This document shows positions 1 to 11,231 of a stretch of 64,000 nt of DNA, piece by piece. Position numbers and translations under genes: made by a program. Position 1 is the first letter of the stretch. Each line of letters begins with the position of its first letter. The stretch is from the NCBI GenBank assembly GCA_051294375.1, contig CM119263.1:25152688-25216687 (forward strand). The letters run 5' to 3'. Origin of the DNA: Paraspadella gotoi. Lineage: Eukaryota; Animalia; Chaetognatha. Under the pieces are notes generated by a model. The model saw only the letters and a list, made by a program, of their open reading frames with translations, was not told the DNA's origin and ran no database searches.

Positions 1-3000
1 TGTTTCACGGAAGTGACAAAGACAGAAGACGTATCATGCACAACTGATAAAATGATAACAAAAGATGTTTCTTGCTCAGTTGAGATACCGAAGGTATCAT
101 TGCAGGACCAAGCATCCGGCGATGGAATGTTACAAATCCTTAATGAGATTGAAACTCAAACCAACATAGAAGTAAAGCATAAAGCATCAGGTGACAATGA
201 AGTTGCTTATCTTAGTGAGATGGAAACCCAAACTTACCTTGCTACAGAATCCAAAACTGATGTTGCCTGCTTCACGGATTCAATCAGTAGAAAAGAGAAA
301 TCCTGCTTAACTGATCCTCCAAACATCTTATTTCTTGATAAAGCTTCAGGCGAAACCGAATTGCCTACATATTCAGAAATGGAAACTCAAACAAACGAAT
401 TTCTTGTGGCGAAGAGTGCAGAAAGTTTTCAACAAGCTGCTCCTTTGATTGAACCAGCTAAAACTGTAATGGTTGATAAAGCATCGGGGAAAAACGTAAC
501 TATGGAAATTAATGAAGTCGACACACAAACAGAGAATGTTAATATTAACTTCAATGAGTTGAAAGAGGCCTCTAGCTCTACAGATATAATGCAGACAGAA
601 GATGTCGCATGCTTGACTGAGCTGCCAAAAATGCAGGAAGTATCAACCTCAACTACAAAAGTGACATTACAAGAAAGAGGTACTGGCGATGTTGAAATAA
701 ATAAAACTGTGGAGGCATCATGCTCCACAGAGATAATTAAAACTAATGAAGTATCAACGACCACTTCTTCCACATATTTAAAAGATACCGCAACTGGTGA
801 CAGGATAATTTCAGAAAGCATTGATGTTTCTTGCATTACTGAAAATCCTGAAATGTTAGAAGCTACTACCTGCACTCCAACTTTTTCTTTGGAAGATTCT
901 GCCGTTGGTGATAGCAGGATTATTGAAAGTAGGGATGTATCTTGTCTGACGGACATTCCCAAGACAAATGAGGTATCAACAGCCACTAAAAATATTGTAT
1001 TGCAGGATACTGCATCTGGAGATGATAGATTAACAGAAACTATTGATGCATCTTGCATAACAGATACTCCTAAAACAATGGAGGCTTCCACTAATAGTCC
1101 AATTGTTTCTTTTAAAGATGCATCTAGTATTACCCTTTTACCAAGTAAGCAAGAATCATCAACAAGTACTCCAGAGATTAAAGTAAAAGATTCATCATTT
1201 GGAGACAGAATAATCACGGAAAATATTGATGCTTCTTGTTCTACAGATTTACCTAAAACGCAAGATGCAACAACTGGCACTCCAAAAACTATCTCGCAAG
1301 ATGCTGCATCAGGGGACAACAAAATTTTCAATAATAGAGATGCATCAAGTAGCACAGATTTGACAAGCACAGTTGAAGCCTCAACTGAAACACCTACCAT
1401 TAAATTAAGTGATACTGCAACAGGAGACCGAAAAATTCCGGAGACTATTGATACAGCTTGCTTAACAGATTTACCAGAAAAATTTGATGTAGCTGTTGAA
1501 ACTAATGTACCAGAAGAAATAATAAATGAAAAAAAAAAGGATTTACATGCTAATTACCGACCTATAATGATCAAGGATGAAAACATTTTAAATTCAGAAC
1601 TTAAAAAAGACACTATCAGTAAAAAAATTAGTAAATATTCTCCAGAAAATGATTTTAAAGAAACGGAGCCTGTGAATGATGAAGAAGAAATTATTAATAC
1701 TGAGGAACCAGAATTTCAAGAAAGTCCGGATTACCTACATTTTAATATTTCAAATGAACCTGAATTGAACATAAAAGAAACTGTTGGTAAAGAAAGAGAT
1801 AAGGAAGGTGAAACTAAGAATAATGCTGGTGATATAAAAATACCAACACCCTTTAGCAATGAAGCAGAAAATGTAAAACCTCTAATACCTTCATTGTTTG
1901 GTGATTTTGAGTTGGAGGTGACAAAACCCTCAAAACCCGCTTCTTTGTTTAGTGATTTTGATATTGAGAAGGCAATAAAGTCGGAAATAATTGCAACCCC
2001 TAAAAAGGATATCCCAAATTCGTTTTTACCAGAAGTAGAAGATATAACAGACAGTTATGAATCAGAATTGCAAGAGGTACCGAGGCATGATCCACAGGAT
2101 TTTAATCCGTTCGAGGAAGAGGAAGATGACAAATTTAAAGTAGAATATTATGATGATGATGATGAAGATTCCGATGTTTATTTTGACAATAAACCAGGTA
2201 GTTTATTAAACAAATATACTAAAAGGAATTTATAAAAAATAATTTGTTGAACATTATGAATTCCTTTCACAATTGCACCGCTTTGGTTTTAATTAATAAT
2301 CACCTTGCATTTGCATGTTTTGGGGCTAGCCTGCTTTCTCACTAACTAAAATTTCATCTTTTGTGAAGAGGTTGACTTCGTTGTAATAATTTGAGTTAAG
2401 GTAAATGAATTAATGTGGCTTAAGCCAAAGTAAATTTATTACTAATTTTTTATTTACTAACATGTAAATGAATTTCATTCAATTGCTATATACTTTATAT
2501 TTTAAAGACAAGGTATCTTTAGAGAAAATAACTTTAGTCTTAGTTGGATTCGAAAAATTATGGTTTTTTAATCTTCTGTTTGAATTATAGAATAAGTAAA
2601 AAAAGTTTATAATATGAAAAAAATTGGTTATTTAATTACATATTTAGACGATCCATAGTATATTGTTTCCTATTTCCTATAACAAAAAAAATCGTTATTA
2701 CTTAATTAATATAATAAACTTTATTACAATGAATTTACTGATCATTGAGTTAGTGAAATATTTATCTTATCTCCAAAATGTCTCTGATATTTTTAAATAA
2801 TGAAAATTAAAAATCCATAATTAATTGTATAAACTGGTTTACATTCTTAATAAAAAAATAAATGTATATAAATGGTGAATATTAAAAGCATTTAAGATTA
2901 ATTTTTTAATGAAAATAAAAAATATTTTATTTAAGGTGCTAAATGCATTAGAATTCGAGCACAAATGAAAATTGAAAACGTGGAATTCCATGAAGATCTT

Positions 3001-6000
3001 AAGAACCCAAATTCTGAAGCATATAAAAAACTTGAAAATGAAGTATATGAACATGTGAGTCCTGAAGTATGCCTCAGCATACAGTGTAATATATGGTTTT
3101 TACAAAGTAATAAAATAATAACTATTATAATATCTAAATATGTATTATTAGCATTTTTTAAAAATTGTGTCTAATGTTTTGGGCTTGTTTTAACTTAGGA
3201 AAGTTAGACATCTTTGGTAATTATTATTAATTATTATAATTAATATAAACATATCTAATAGCTTTAAATTTTGTTGGATAAAAATATTATTAAAGAATAC
3301 ATATTTTTATATAATATATTTTATATTAAATGACTGGGATTTATTATACGACTATTGATTTAGATTATTTTTTTGTATATGGATAATTTAAAAGTAAGAT
3401 ATGATTGTGTCCAAAACATCGGAAATGATTTTATTTGTAAATAATTTTGATCCATCTAATAACGTTTAATATCAAATTTTTTTTAGATAAATTCGTCATA
3501 CAAATTGACCAATAATGGTGAAAGGTTGAGACCTGAAATAATTGGATTTAGGCCTGGAAGTATAATAGTTGATATGTATTTAGTATTTCAAACTGATAAG
3601 CCAAATGAAAAAACTGAAGCATTAGATGAATTCGAGGAGAAATTGAAAAACGGCTTTGAAAAAATTCCCTCCGAACCATATCAAATGCAACTTCCCGTAA
3701 TAGATAGGTCAAAAGGTAATTCACATTTGCGATTGCACTATGCTTGCTTTTGCTTGCTTTAATTCCATATTTCCTTAATCCTTACGTTTGCGGTTTGACA
3801 AATTATCTTCGAGTCAGACAAGAACTGTTTTACATATGAAGCCTTTAGTTTTCTTTAGCTTTACTTTGCAAAGAATCTTAATTCTAAAATTACATTGCAA
3901 AAGTGTATTGCTTGAAAATGCTTTAAAGGGACTTCAATGTCGAGTGATACAAAAATCGAAACGAAGAGCAATCAGGTTATAAATTTTTTTATACTAATAG
4001 AAAAATATGTGACTTTTTTTCCACCAAATCATAACATACTAGCTTGGATTGTTGCTATGTTATAAATATTTTCCTCAGAGAGTAAATTTTTGAAGAAGCA
4101 TAATTTCTACTTTAAAAGTGGATCTTACTATTAATCCTTCACTGAAAAAAAATTCAATTTTATTAATGGGAACTGAAGGACCTTCAGTTCCCATTAATAA
4201 AATTGAATTTTTTTTCATGCTTCATTTTTTTGATTAATAAGATATTGTAGTGTACCCCGTTCGCGAGTGACACCAAAAAAATCTATACTGTACTTTAAAT
4301 ATTTAATAAATATAATTCATAAGTATATCATTAGTTGGAGAATTACTGAACATTTTTTATATGTAAGTTTTATTTCGTGTTTAATTCATTAACTATTCTA
4401 TATTTAATTTTTTATCTAACACAGTAAAATTGGCGAAAAAAGACCATTTTAGACGAGTTCTTGGATGAATTTAAACAAAATTTTATATCATAAGATATCC
4501 CTATTAATGGTCTATTCAATGGCATATCTGAATTGTCGTAATGTTGAGTAATTTCTGAGTAATGATTTTTTTTTAATTGTAAATCTTAAGTTTTCTTTAT
4601 ACAATTCGTTTAATTAGAAAAAAATGCTGTCCTGAGCATGTTCTTGACTGTTTTGAATAATTATTTTATAACATAAGGAGTCCCAGATAATTCTTAATCT
4701 AATGGTGTCAATAAATTTTAATTATTTTAAGTAGTTAATGAGTAATAAATTTATAATGATTTTCTTTTTTTAAAAGATTTAGTTTTTTACTTTAGATGAA
4801 ATTGGATGACCATTAAAGAAAGGTTGTTTTACATAAGTAAATATTAAATTAATCTTATGAAATTAAAATATAATAAACGTCTAATACCAAATCTAAAAAA
4901 ATATTTATCCAATGAGAAATGGTACATATTTTTTTGGTGTCACTCGCGAACGGACACGAGGTATGTATCACAAACCAGATAATTTTTTTAATATTTTTTT
5001 TCAGATAACTTCACAATCAGCATTAAAAATTGTTAAAGTGTTAAAAACTATTAAAATTTGGATGAAAAAATGAAGAAAAGTGACTCCGCGCTTGATAGCT
5101 ACTGTGATTATACTATTAGGAAATTTGAACATTTTTTGGGGCAACATAAACGTCAAGTAGTTTTCTAACTAATAAATGTTATAAAAATAATATACAGTGA
5201 AAGAATTACGAGTTTAATAAAGTATTTTCGTATCGGTCCAGATTGAAGTTCCTGTAATTCCAAGTAACGAGAGCATACTCCATTTAACATATTAAATCTG
5301 CATAATTGTGGAAAAGCAAGTAAAAAAAAAAAAATAAAAATACCGTTTCTAATTAATCTTTACTGTTTTCTTACAGCTAAACTGATGAAGCCTAAATCTG
5401 AAATGGGTGAGTGAAGTGAAATAAATTAATTGCTTTACATGTAATTCCTATCCGCTACAAATATACAATTTTTGGCAAAAAAAATTACATAAAGAGATCC
5501 TTACAAAATAAATAATTCCATTTTTATATGTAATCTTTTTTCAATTTAAGACGAAGAAAATCGATCAACTCATTCATCAATATTGAGTGGACACGAAGGC
5601 AATTACAACATCAATGTGTCGACTGACGTTTCAGGAGATGAAATGGAAAATGAAGAAGATATTTCGTTGCAACAAGTAACTTTATTATAACTTAAAATAA
5701 TCCGGGGCCAATTAAAAACTTTTTTTTTTTAGTTCATCCCTAGAGACAATACCGACGGATTATATTTTATTCCTTCAAACGAATCCGATATTCAAAAGGA
5801 TGACGATGTAAAAATTGCTTTTGAACCTTTGGAACCTTCTCCTGACAAAAGAGAAAACACCAATCCAACTTGGCAAACTGTTCCTTCTCTAAGCATTTCC
5901 TGCCCTAGCAGTCCAAGTCAGAATTCGAGTTCGATTCCAAGCCCCGACAATTTCAATGCGGATGAAATGCAAAATATATTTCCTTTACCGGAACCATCAT

Positions 6001-9000
6001 CACATCAGGAAGAGTCATCAAATCTTCCAAAAATCGAGCCCATGGAAGAGGATTGGATGGAAAATAGGGAAAAATGGAAAAGACGTTCGCCGAAACAGGC
6101 TTCTCCGGAAGTGACCTCCGATAATGACCCGTTGATTCAAGATCGTCCCAGGCTGGACAAAAGAAATTCACTGAAGAACAAGCTCGCTGGGTTAGTGGAG
6201 CAAGTTAAAGAAGATGAAATCGATTATGATAATTATCTTCAAAAAGCCGCCCGAGAAGGAAAACCAATCATAAGAACTCTCTCAAGAGAAGATGATTTTG
6301 CTTTGAATGAAAGTAAGGTACAATCTTTACCCAAAATTGGATCAAATTCAGAGAAAGATGGAAAGCTTGGCAGTTATTCACCTACTAACACACTTATTTA
6401 TCTTAAAAAAGATGACAAGAACCAAACAGCTGCAGCAGCTCCGGTAAGATTTAAAAGAGAAAATATATAATTGTTAAAAAAGGTAAATTATTTTTAAAAC
6501 ATTTTAAATCTAGGATCCCAAGGATGAATATATTGAATACCCAACTTTTATGCCTCAACCAACAGCACCAGAAGTAAAAAATACTAAAAAAAGGTAATCA
6601 TTTAATCGTAAAAATGAATAAATATGAATTAATGCTACGAGATTGTTTTAAGGAAAACATTGGTCAATGCACAGATTTATGAGAGAATTTTTATTTTCAA
6701 TTTTGTAGACAAAAGATGTTCTTTTTTATCAGCAGATCCCGACTCTATAATTCACTTTGCCGGTCCGTCGGTCCGCCCCCTCAATCTAGTCGGGCACTCA
6801 CTTATATCATGTCAGAATATCGAATTATAATAAATTATGCAAAAAAAAATATGTCCGTCCGTCCGTCTGTCTGTTTGTCCGTCCGTCCGTCCGTACGACC
6901 TTAGCAAAAAACACCAATTACTCGTGATTGGATGGATGGATTGGAATGAAATTTTGTGTGTGGGTAGGGAAGGGTGTGATTGAGCTGGAGATGAAGTTTC
7001 GATGGAATCGTTTGAGTGGAAATGAGTTTAAATGGAAAAAACAAAAAAATATATTTCACTATTTGAACACCAATTGCTCATGAGTGGATCGGGCGATTGA
7101 CCTGAAATTTTGTATGTGGGTAGGAAAGTGTGTGATTAAGCTGGAAATCAAGTTAAGATGGAATCGTTTGAGTGGAAATGAGTTTAAATGGAAAAAACAA
7201 AAAACCTGTTTCACTAATTGATTATGCTTCTTTTTTTTTATATTAAACGTGAATGCAAGATGTATTAATTAATCAAATAATTAATCAGTTAATTAATCAA
7301 TTAATCTATTAATTAATCAATAATAAATTAATCAGTCAATCAATAAAGTCAATCGTTATCGGCATTTTTCTTATCGTGGTCATTGCTTTTGTCGTGGTAA
7401 GTGACAAAAAGACCTCAAAACAAACATTTGAGATCAAATTAATTAATTAATTGCCTAATTAATTAATTAATTAACTTGAATTATTTAGGTATTAATTAAT
7501 TAATTACCGATAATGATCGTTGTCGGATCCGACATTGTTTGCTCAAACTTGTTTTATTTATGTTTCATAGTGTTGAAGACGATGTTAGTGATGATGACCA
7601 ACACCACGGAAATACAGTAAGTTTTTCCACTAATGGCCTCTAAAGAAAGTGCTTTTTAAAACCGAATTATATTTTTTAAAGGTTTATGATAAATCTGCAG
7701 CTAAAACAAGATTAAATTCTGAGGGAAGCGTCACTGTATACGCTAAACTTCGACCAACTAGTCCCAAAGCGAGGTAAAATTTTTCCCATTAATTATTATT
7801 AAAAAAAATTGATTAAGCGTGCAACGTTTTTCATTCCACATGGAATCAACCTTTTCTTTTTTCCCGTTTCAAGAAATTCGGAGTCCTCTCTTGAAGAAGA
7901 GCCTTTAGTAGAAAACATTATGGACGATGTCGATTTGTGCGCTAACGTGGAGGAAATTCCAGTGATTGAAGAAGAAAAACAAAACTACTCTCGACTTTCA
8001 CTTAAAGAATCCGATGCGGAAATTGAGTCAACTTTATCGAAAGCAGCTCTTCCAGCGCCAGAAGTAAAGCCTGTATTAGAGAAAATTGACCAAAAAGTTC
8101 CAGAAGAAAAGCACGAAGGTGATTATCCGCTTTTATTGCTTTTGTCAATTTACTTAAATAGAAAACTACTGTAGATTTCAACTATGTATAACATTTTTTT
8201 TTTTGCAGAAAATAACCTTTTTGATAATGAGTCAACTTTATCGAAAGCAGCTCTTCCAGCGCCAGAAATAAAGCCTGTATTAGAGAAAATTGACCAAAAA
8301 GTTCCAGAAGAAAAGCACGAAGGTGATTATCCGCTTTTATTGCTTTTGTCAATTTACTTAAATAGAAAACTACTGTAGATTTCAACTATGTATAACATTT
8401 TTTTTTTGCAGAAAATAACCTTTTTGATAATGAGTCAACTTTATCGAAAGCAGCTCTTCCAGCGCCAGAAATAAAGCCTGTATTAGAGAAATTGACCAAA
8501 AAGTTCCAGAAGAAAAGCACGAAGGTGATTATCCGCTTTTATTGCTTTTGTCAATTTACTTAAATAGAAAACTACTGTAGATTTCAACTATGTATAACAT
8601 TTTTTTTTTTGCAGAAAATAACCTTTTTGATAATGAAGTCGCATCAATTCCTTTAAAAGAAAAGGAGGTAATCATTTATAAATGAAAAATTATCCATTGT
8701 GGACGCGTATATATCTCCATATCAATATTTTGTTAAAAATTGCAATGTTTTATAGTTGCCGGAGAATGATAGAAAACGCTCGATTCGAGATCGTATTGAA
8801 AAACTACATCAAGAATGTCTGGCTTGGGAGAATCGATTAGAATTGAATAAGGACAAATACAAACTGATGCTAAAAGATCGGAATTCGTCTGACTTGGAAG
8901 ATCAGTGAGTAAAAGTTATTTTGTTAGGATAGAGAATATTCTCTAAAAACCATATTGACTATTGAGCTAGTCTTTCAATTCGCTTATAGCCGTAAAAATT

Positions 9001-10958
9001 TTTCCGTGCTATATACTTTAACAAGTTTGAGCAAACAACGCCGGATCTGCAAGCGTCCTTTAGCGAATCAGATGATAAGGTTTGATGTATTTTTCAATTT
9101 TTTTTATTTTATACAAATTTTACAATTCACTACTTATAACAATAACAATTTATAGTTTTTTTTTAATGTGGTAGTAGTTTTAATTTTAATGATAAATTGA
9201 TAATGCAGGTTACGGTCATTATGATTTTTGTGGTGGTTATGGTAATTGTGATGGTAGTTGTGGTTGTGGACTTGTGGTGATTGTAATATTTGTAGTAGTA
9301 GTTGTTCTAACCTGTAATTATATATTATATACAAAGATAAACAAGCAAAATTAAATAGTTAAAAATATTTTTTTTTCTACTTAAACTTATTTCCACTTAG
9401 ATGATTCCATGAAAACTTGATTTCCAGCTTAATTATACTTTCTAACCCACACACAAAATTTCAGTCAATCGCCCTATCCCTAAATGAGTAATTGGCGTTC
9501 AAAGCGAAGGGGGGACGGACAGACGGACGGGCGGACATCGATATTTTTTTAAAAAATTTCATAATTTGATGTTCTAAAATGATTTTAGTGATTTACCGAC
9601 AAGGTTTAGGGGTGGGACCGACAGACAAACAAAGTGAATTATAGAGCCGGGATCTGCTGTAAAAATCGATCCCCCAAATGAATAAAATTTGTCAAAAGTA
9701 ATCTTGAGCAACGTTTAACTAAATAAATTCAAATTTTTGTTCCTGCTTGGCAGGGGTAAGCCCCGATATCCAAGCATTCCCCACATGGCCGACCCAGTCT
9801 TATCCCAGAGTCCCAGTACTCAGGAATTCGTTCAATTTAATTATATGTGAGTCATATTTTAATCTTTTTAAAAAAGAATCCAAACTGTGGATTCCACAGA
9901 GCACTTGTTTGTATCGTTGCGTTTGAACGAGCTTCCTGCTTTCACCAAAGTACAAATGTATAATTAAAAATTGTCTCTCCAAATCTTTAGACATTCGGAT
10001 TTTGCGTTTTTGTTAATTTTGTTATTTATTAAGATATTATTCAGATGCATACTATGTATATTTTTTGGTGGCCGGTATACAATTAAGGTAGTTTTAATTT
10101 TACAGTCTGGGAAAGAAATAAAACTTTTTAAAATTCCTCAGGTCGTCAACGGCAAACTTAAACCTCACAAAACCGACTGAGCAAAACGTACAAGGTAATT
10201 TAGGTCTTAGAAATCCTATCAAAGAAAGATAGAATATAATATAATACAAGTTATTGCCAATAATCCCTCCTCATTTGTTTATATATAGCTCCAGAAAGAT
10301 GGCGCGCTGTGAGAAGCCTCCACAACAAACCACAAACGGAGGATCCAAAACGCGACCTCATGCAATCTATAAGATCGTTTTCCCTTCAAGGGCTGAAACC
10401 GGTGAGAATTAATATCGAGTAGTAATCGCAGCAGTTTATTTCATCATATATAGCGGAGGGCGCATTGAAGTCGTTCCGACTTTTTAATCGGTTTTTTTAT
10501 TTCTCATATTTTTTAAGTATAAACTGACATTATCAAAAATCGCTAAATATATGAGTTAACATAATTTTTTTAATTTTCTAAATTTTTCAGAATTTTTCAT
10601 TTCTCAACTTTAACTATAATTGAAAGGTTTGTTGATGTCGGTCAGGTAATCTTTCAGATGTACATGGTAATTGTTAGGTAAAAGGAATTGTTTCAAAATA
10701 ATAAATTATGTTTTTTTTGCAAGGTGAATGAGACGATTTTTGATGTTAAATTTACCATTCTTCCGTTTCTCCACAAAAAAGGGAAATTCCAAGTACGGCA
10801 GTTAAAAGGGGTTTTTGGTGCGGTTAAGGGAAAGTTAAAGGGAGTTTCTACTCAAAAACGCGAATTTGAGGCGCCCCTCCCTGACAACATTTATTTCTCA
10901 ATCTGTCGATCTCTCTATGTAACTTTCTCAGGTCTCCCCGGCGTCCTCCAATCGGTGA
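1..10958 (+). CDS. Large multi-exon gene, 5' end outside window: Ser/Thr/Cys repeat array + SEA domain + acidic disordered region + C-terminal WH2-like motif (~1,500 aa in window)
   Basis: GT-AG exon chain: <1-2197, 2936-3054, 3487-3715, 5377-5406, 5551-5675, 5733-6443, 6514-6593, 7571-7616, 7682-7773, 7874-8118, 8209-8322, 8412-8524 (113 nt, one A short), 8615-8667, 8756-8904, 10142-10194, 10289-10401, 10932-10958 (TGA). All junctions are phase-compatible except at the 113-nt exon. Confidence 0.8.
13..1510 (+). repeat. Coding repeat array: 12-13 aa units, grouped in the distal part into a 37-aa higher-order repeat
   Basis: Examples: DVACLTELPKMQ-EVSTSTTKVTLQ-ERGTGDVEINKTV; DVSCLTDIPKTN-EVSTATKNIVLQ-DTASGDDRLTETI; DASCSTDLPKTQ-DATTGTPKTISQ-DAASGDNKIFNNR. 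Four units carry ETQT/DTQT. Confidence 0.9.
2936..3715 (+). CDS. SEA domain (two exons, 2936-3054 and 3487-3715)
   Basis: MKIENVEFHEDLKNPNSEAYKKLENEV...IIGFRPGSIIVDMYLVF matches the SEA pattern F..DL.NP.S..Y..L and the FRxGS[VI][VI]V cleavage motif. Confidence 0.85.
4143..4217. repeat. Perfect intronic inverted repeat: 37-bp arms, 1-nt spacer
   Basis: tgaaaaaaaattcaattttattaatgggaactgaagg-a-ccttcagttcccattaataaaattgaattttttttca. Confidence 0.95.
4255..4961. mobile_element. Non-autonomous TIR element (MITE), probably Tc1/mariner-type
   Basis: 26-bp perfect inverted repeat ccgttcgcgagtgacaccaaaaaaat (4257-4282) / atttttttggtgtcactcgcgaacgg (4928-4953). TA lies on both sides (4253-4254, 4962-4963) if the left TIR lost 6 bp. 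AT-rich non-coding interior. Confidence 0.75.
6729..7553 (+). mobile_element. Helentron-associated/DINE-1-like non-autonomous element, copy 1 (intron of gene 1)
   Basis: 5' end agcagatcccgactctataattcacttt; GTCY microsatellite (6853-6895); two ~156-bp internal tandem units (from 6915 and 7071); AATT-rich tract; 3' end gtcggatccgacattgtttgctcaaacttgtt with a short hairpin; T-rich flanks and no TSD. Confidence 0.75.
8024..8636 (+). repeat. Three near-identical 203-204 bp tandem copies of an exon-end/intron/exon-start unit
   Basis: Units start at 8024, 8228 and 8431 (tgagtcaactttatcg...); each contains the same G|gtgatt...ttgcag intron. Confidence 0.95.
9020..9659 (-). mobile_element. Helentron/DINE-1-like element, copy 2 (inverted, diverged)
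   Basis: Reverse complements of both family ends: aacaagtttgagcaaacaacgccggatctgc at 9020 and gaattatagagccgggatctgctg ending at 9659. GGAC microsatellite near 9513; one internal unit at ~9390-9500. Confidence 0.75.
10289..10958 (+). CDS. C-terminal WH2-like actin-monomer-binding motif of gene 1
   Basis: Spliced peptide DPKRDLMQSIRSFSLQGLKP|VSPASSNR*: amphipathic helix L..SIR.F followed by an LKxV motif at the extreme C-terminus. Confidence 0.7.
10452..10883. mobile_element. Possible old MITE in the last intron of gene 1
   Basis: Degenerate terminal inverted match: ggagggcgcattgaagtcg vs the reverse complement of cgaatttgaggcgcccctcc. Confidence 0.3.
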
Positions 10959-11231
10959 AATGCCGTCGAAACAACCATAAAAGTTCATCTGAAACGCAAT
11001 TTCTTTAAATATTCTTAACTGACTGTATGTATGGAATTATTTCGTATATTTTATGTTTATGATTTTCTTCTTGCTATTACGTTGTACCCGTTTTTAGAAA
11101 GGTGTTGCATATCAATTATCAATACTGCTTAATGAATACAAGTTATTTAATTGTTATCAACCAGTCGTTATTAATGAACATGCTTCAAAATTAAAAAATT
11201 TTATACAACGACGAGTGAAGTGTCTTTTGTT

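Noticed and set aside
429-1400. 323-aa - strand ORF
   Set aside because: Antisense shadow of the repetitive + strand exon; no independent motifs.
5382-5403. CTGATGA...GAAA hammerhead-like core
   Set aside because: Stems I and III cannot be formed, and it lies in a coding microexon.
9740-9800. HDV-like ribozyme (GGGTCGGCCATG on - strand)
   Set aside because: Lacks the UCCUCGC L3 loop and a P1 partner.
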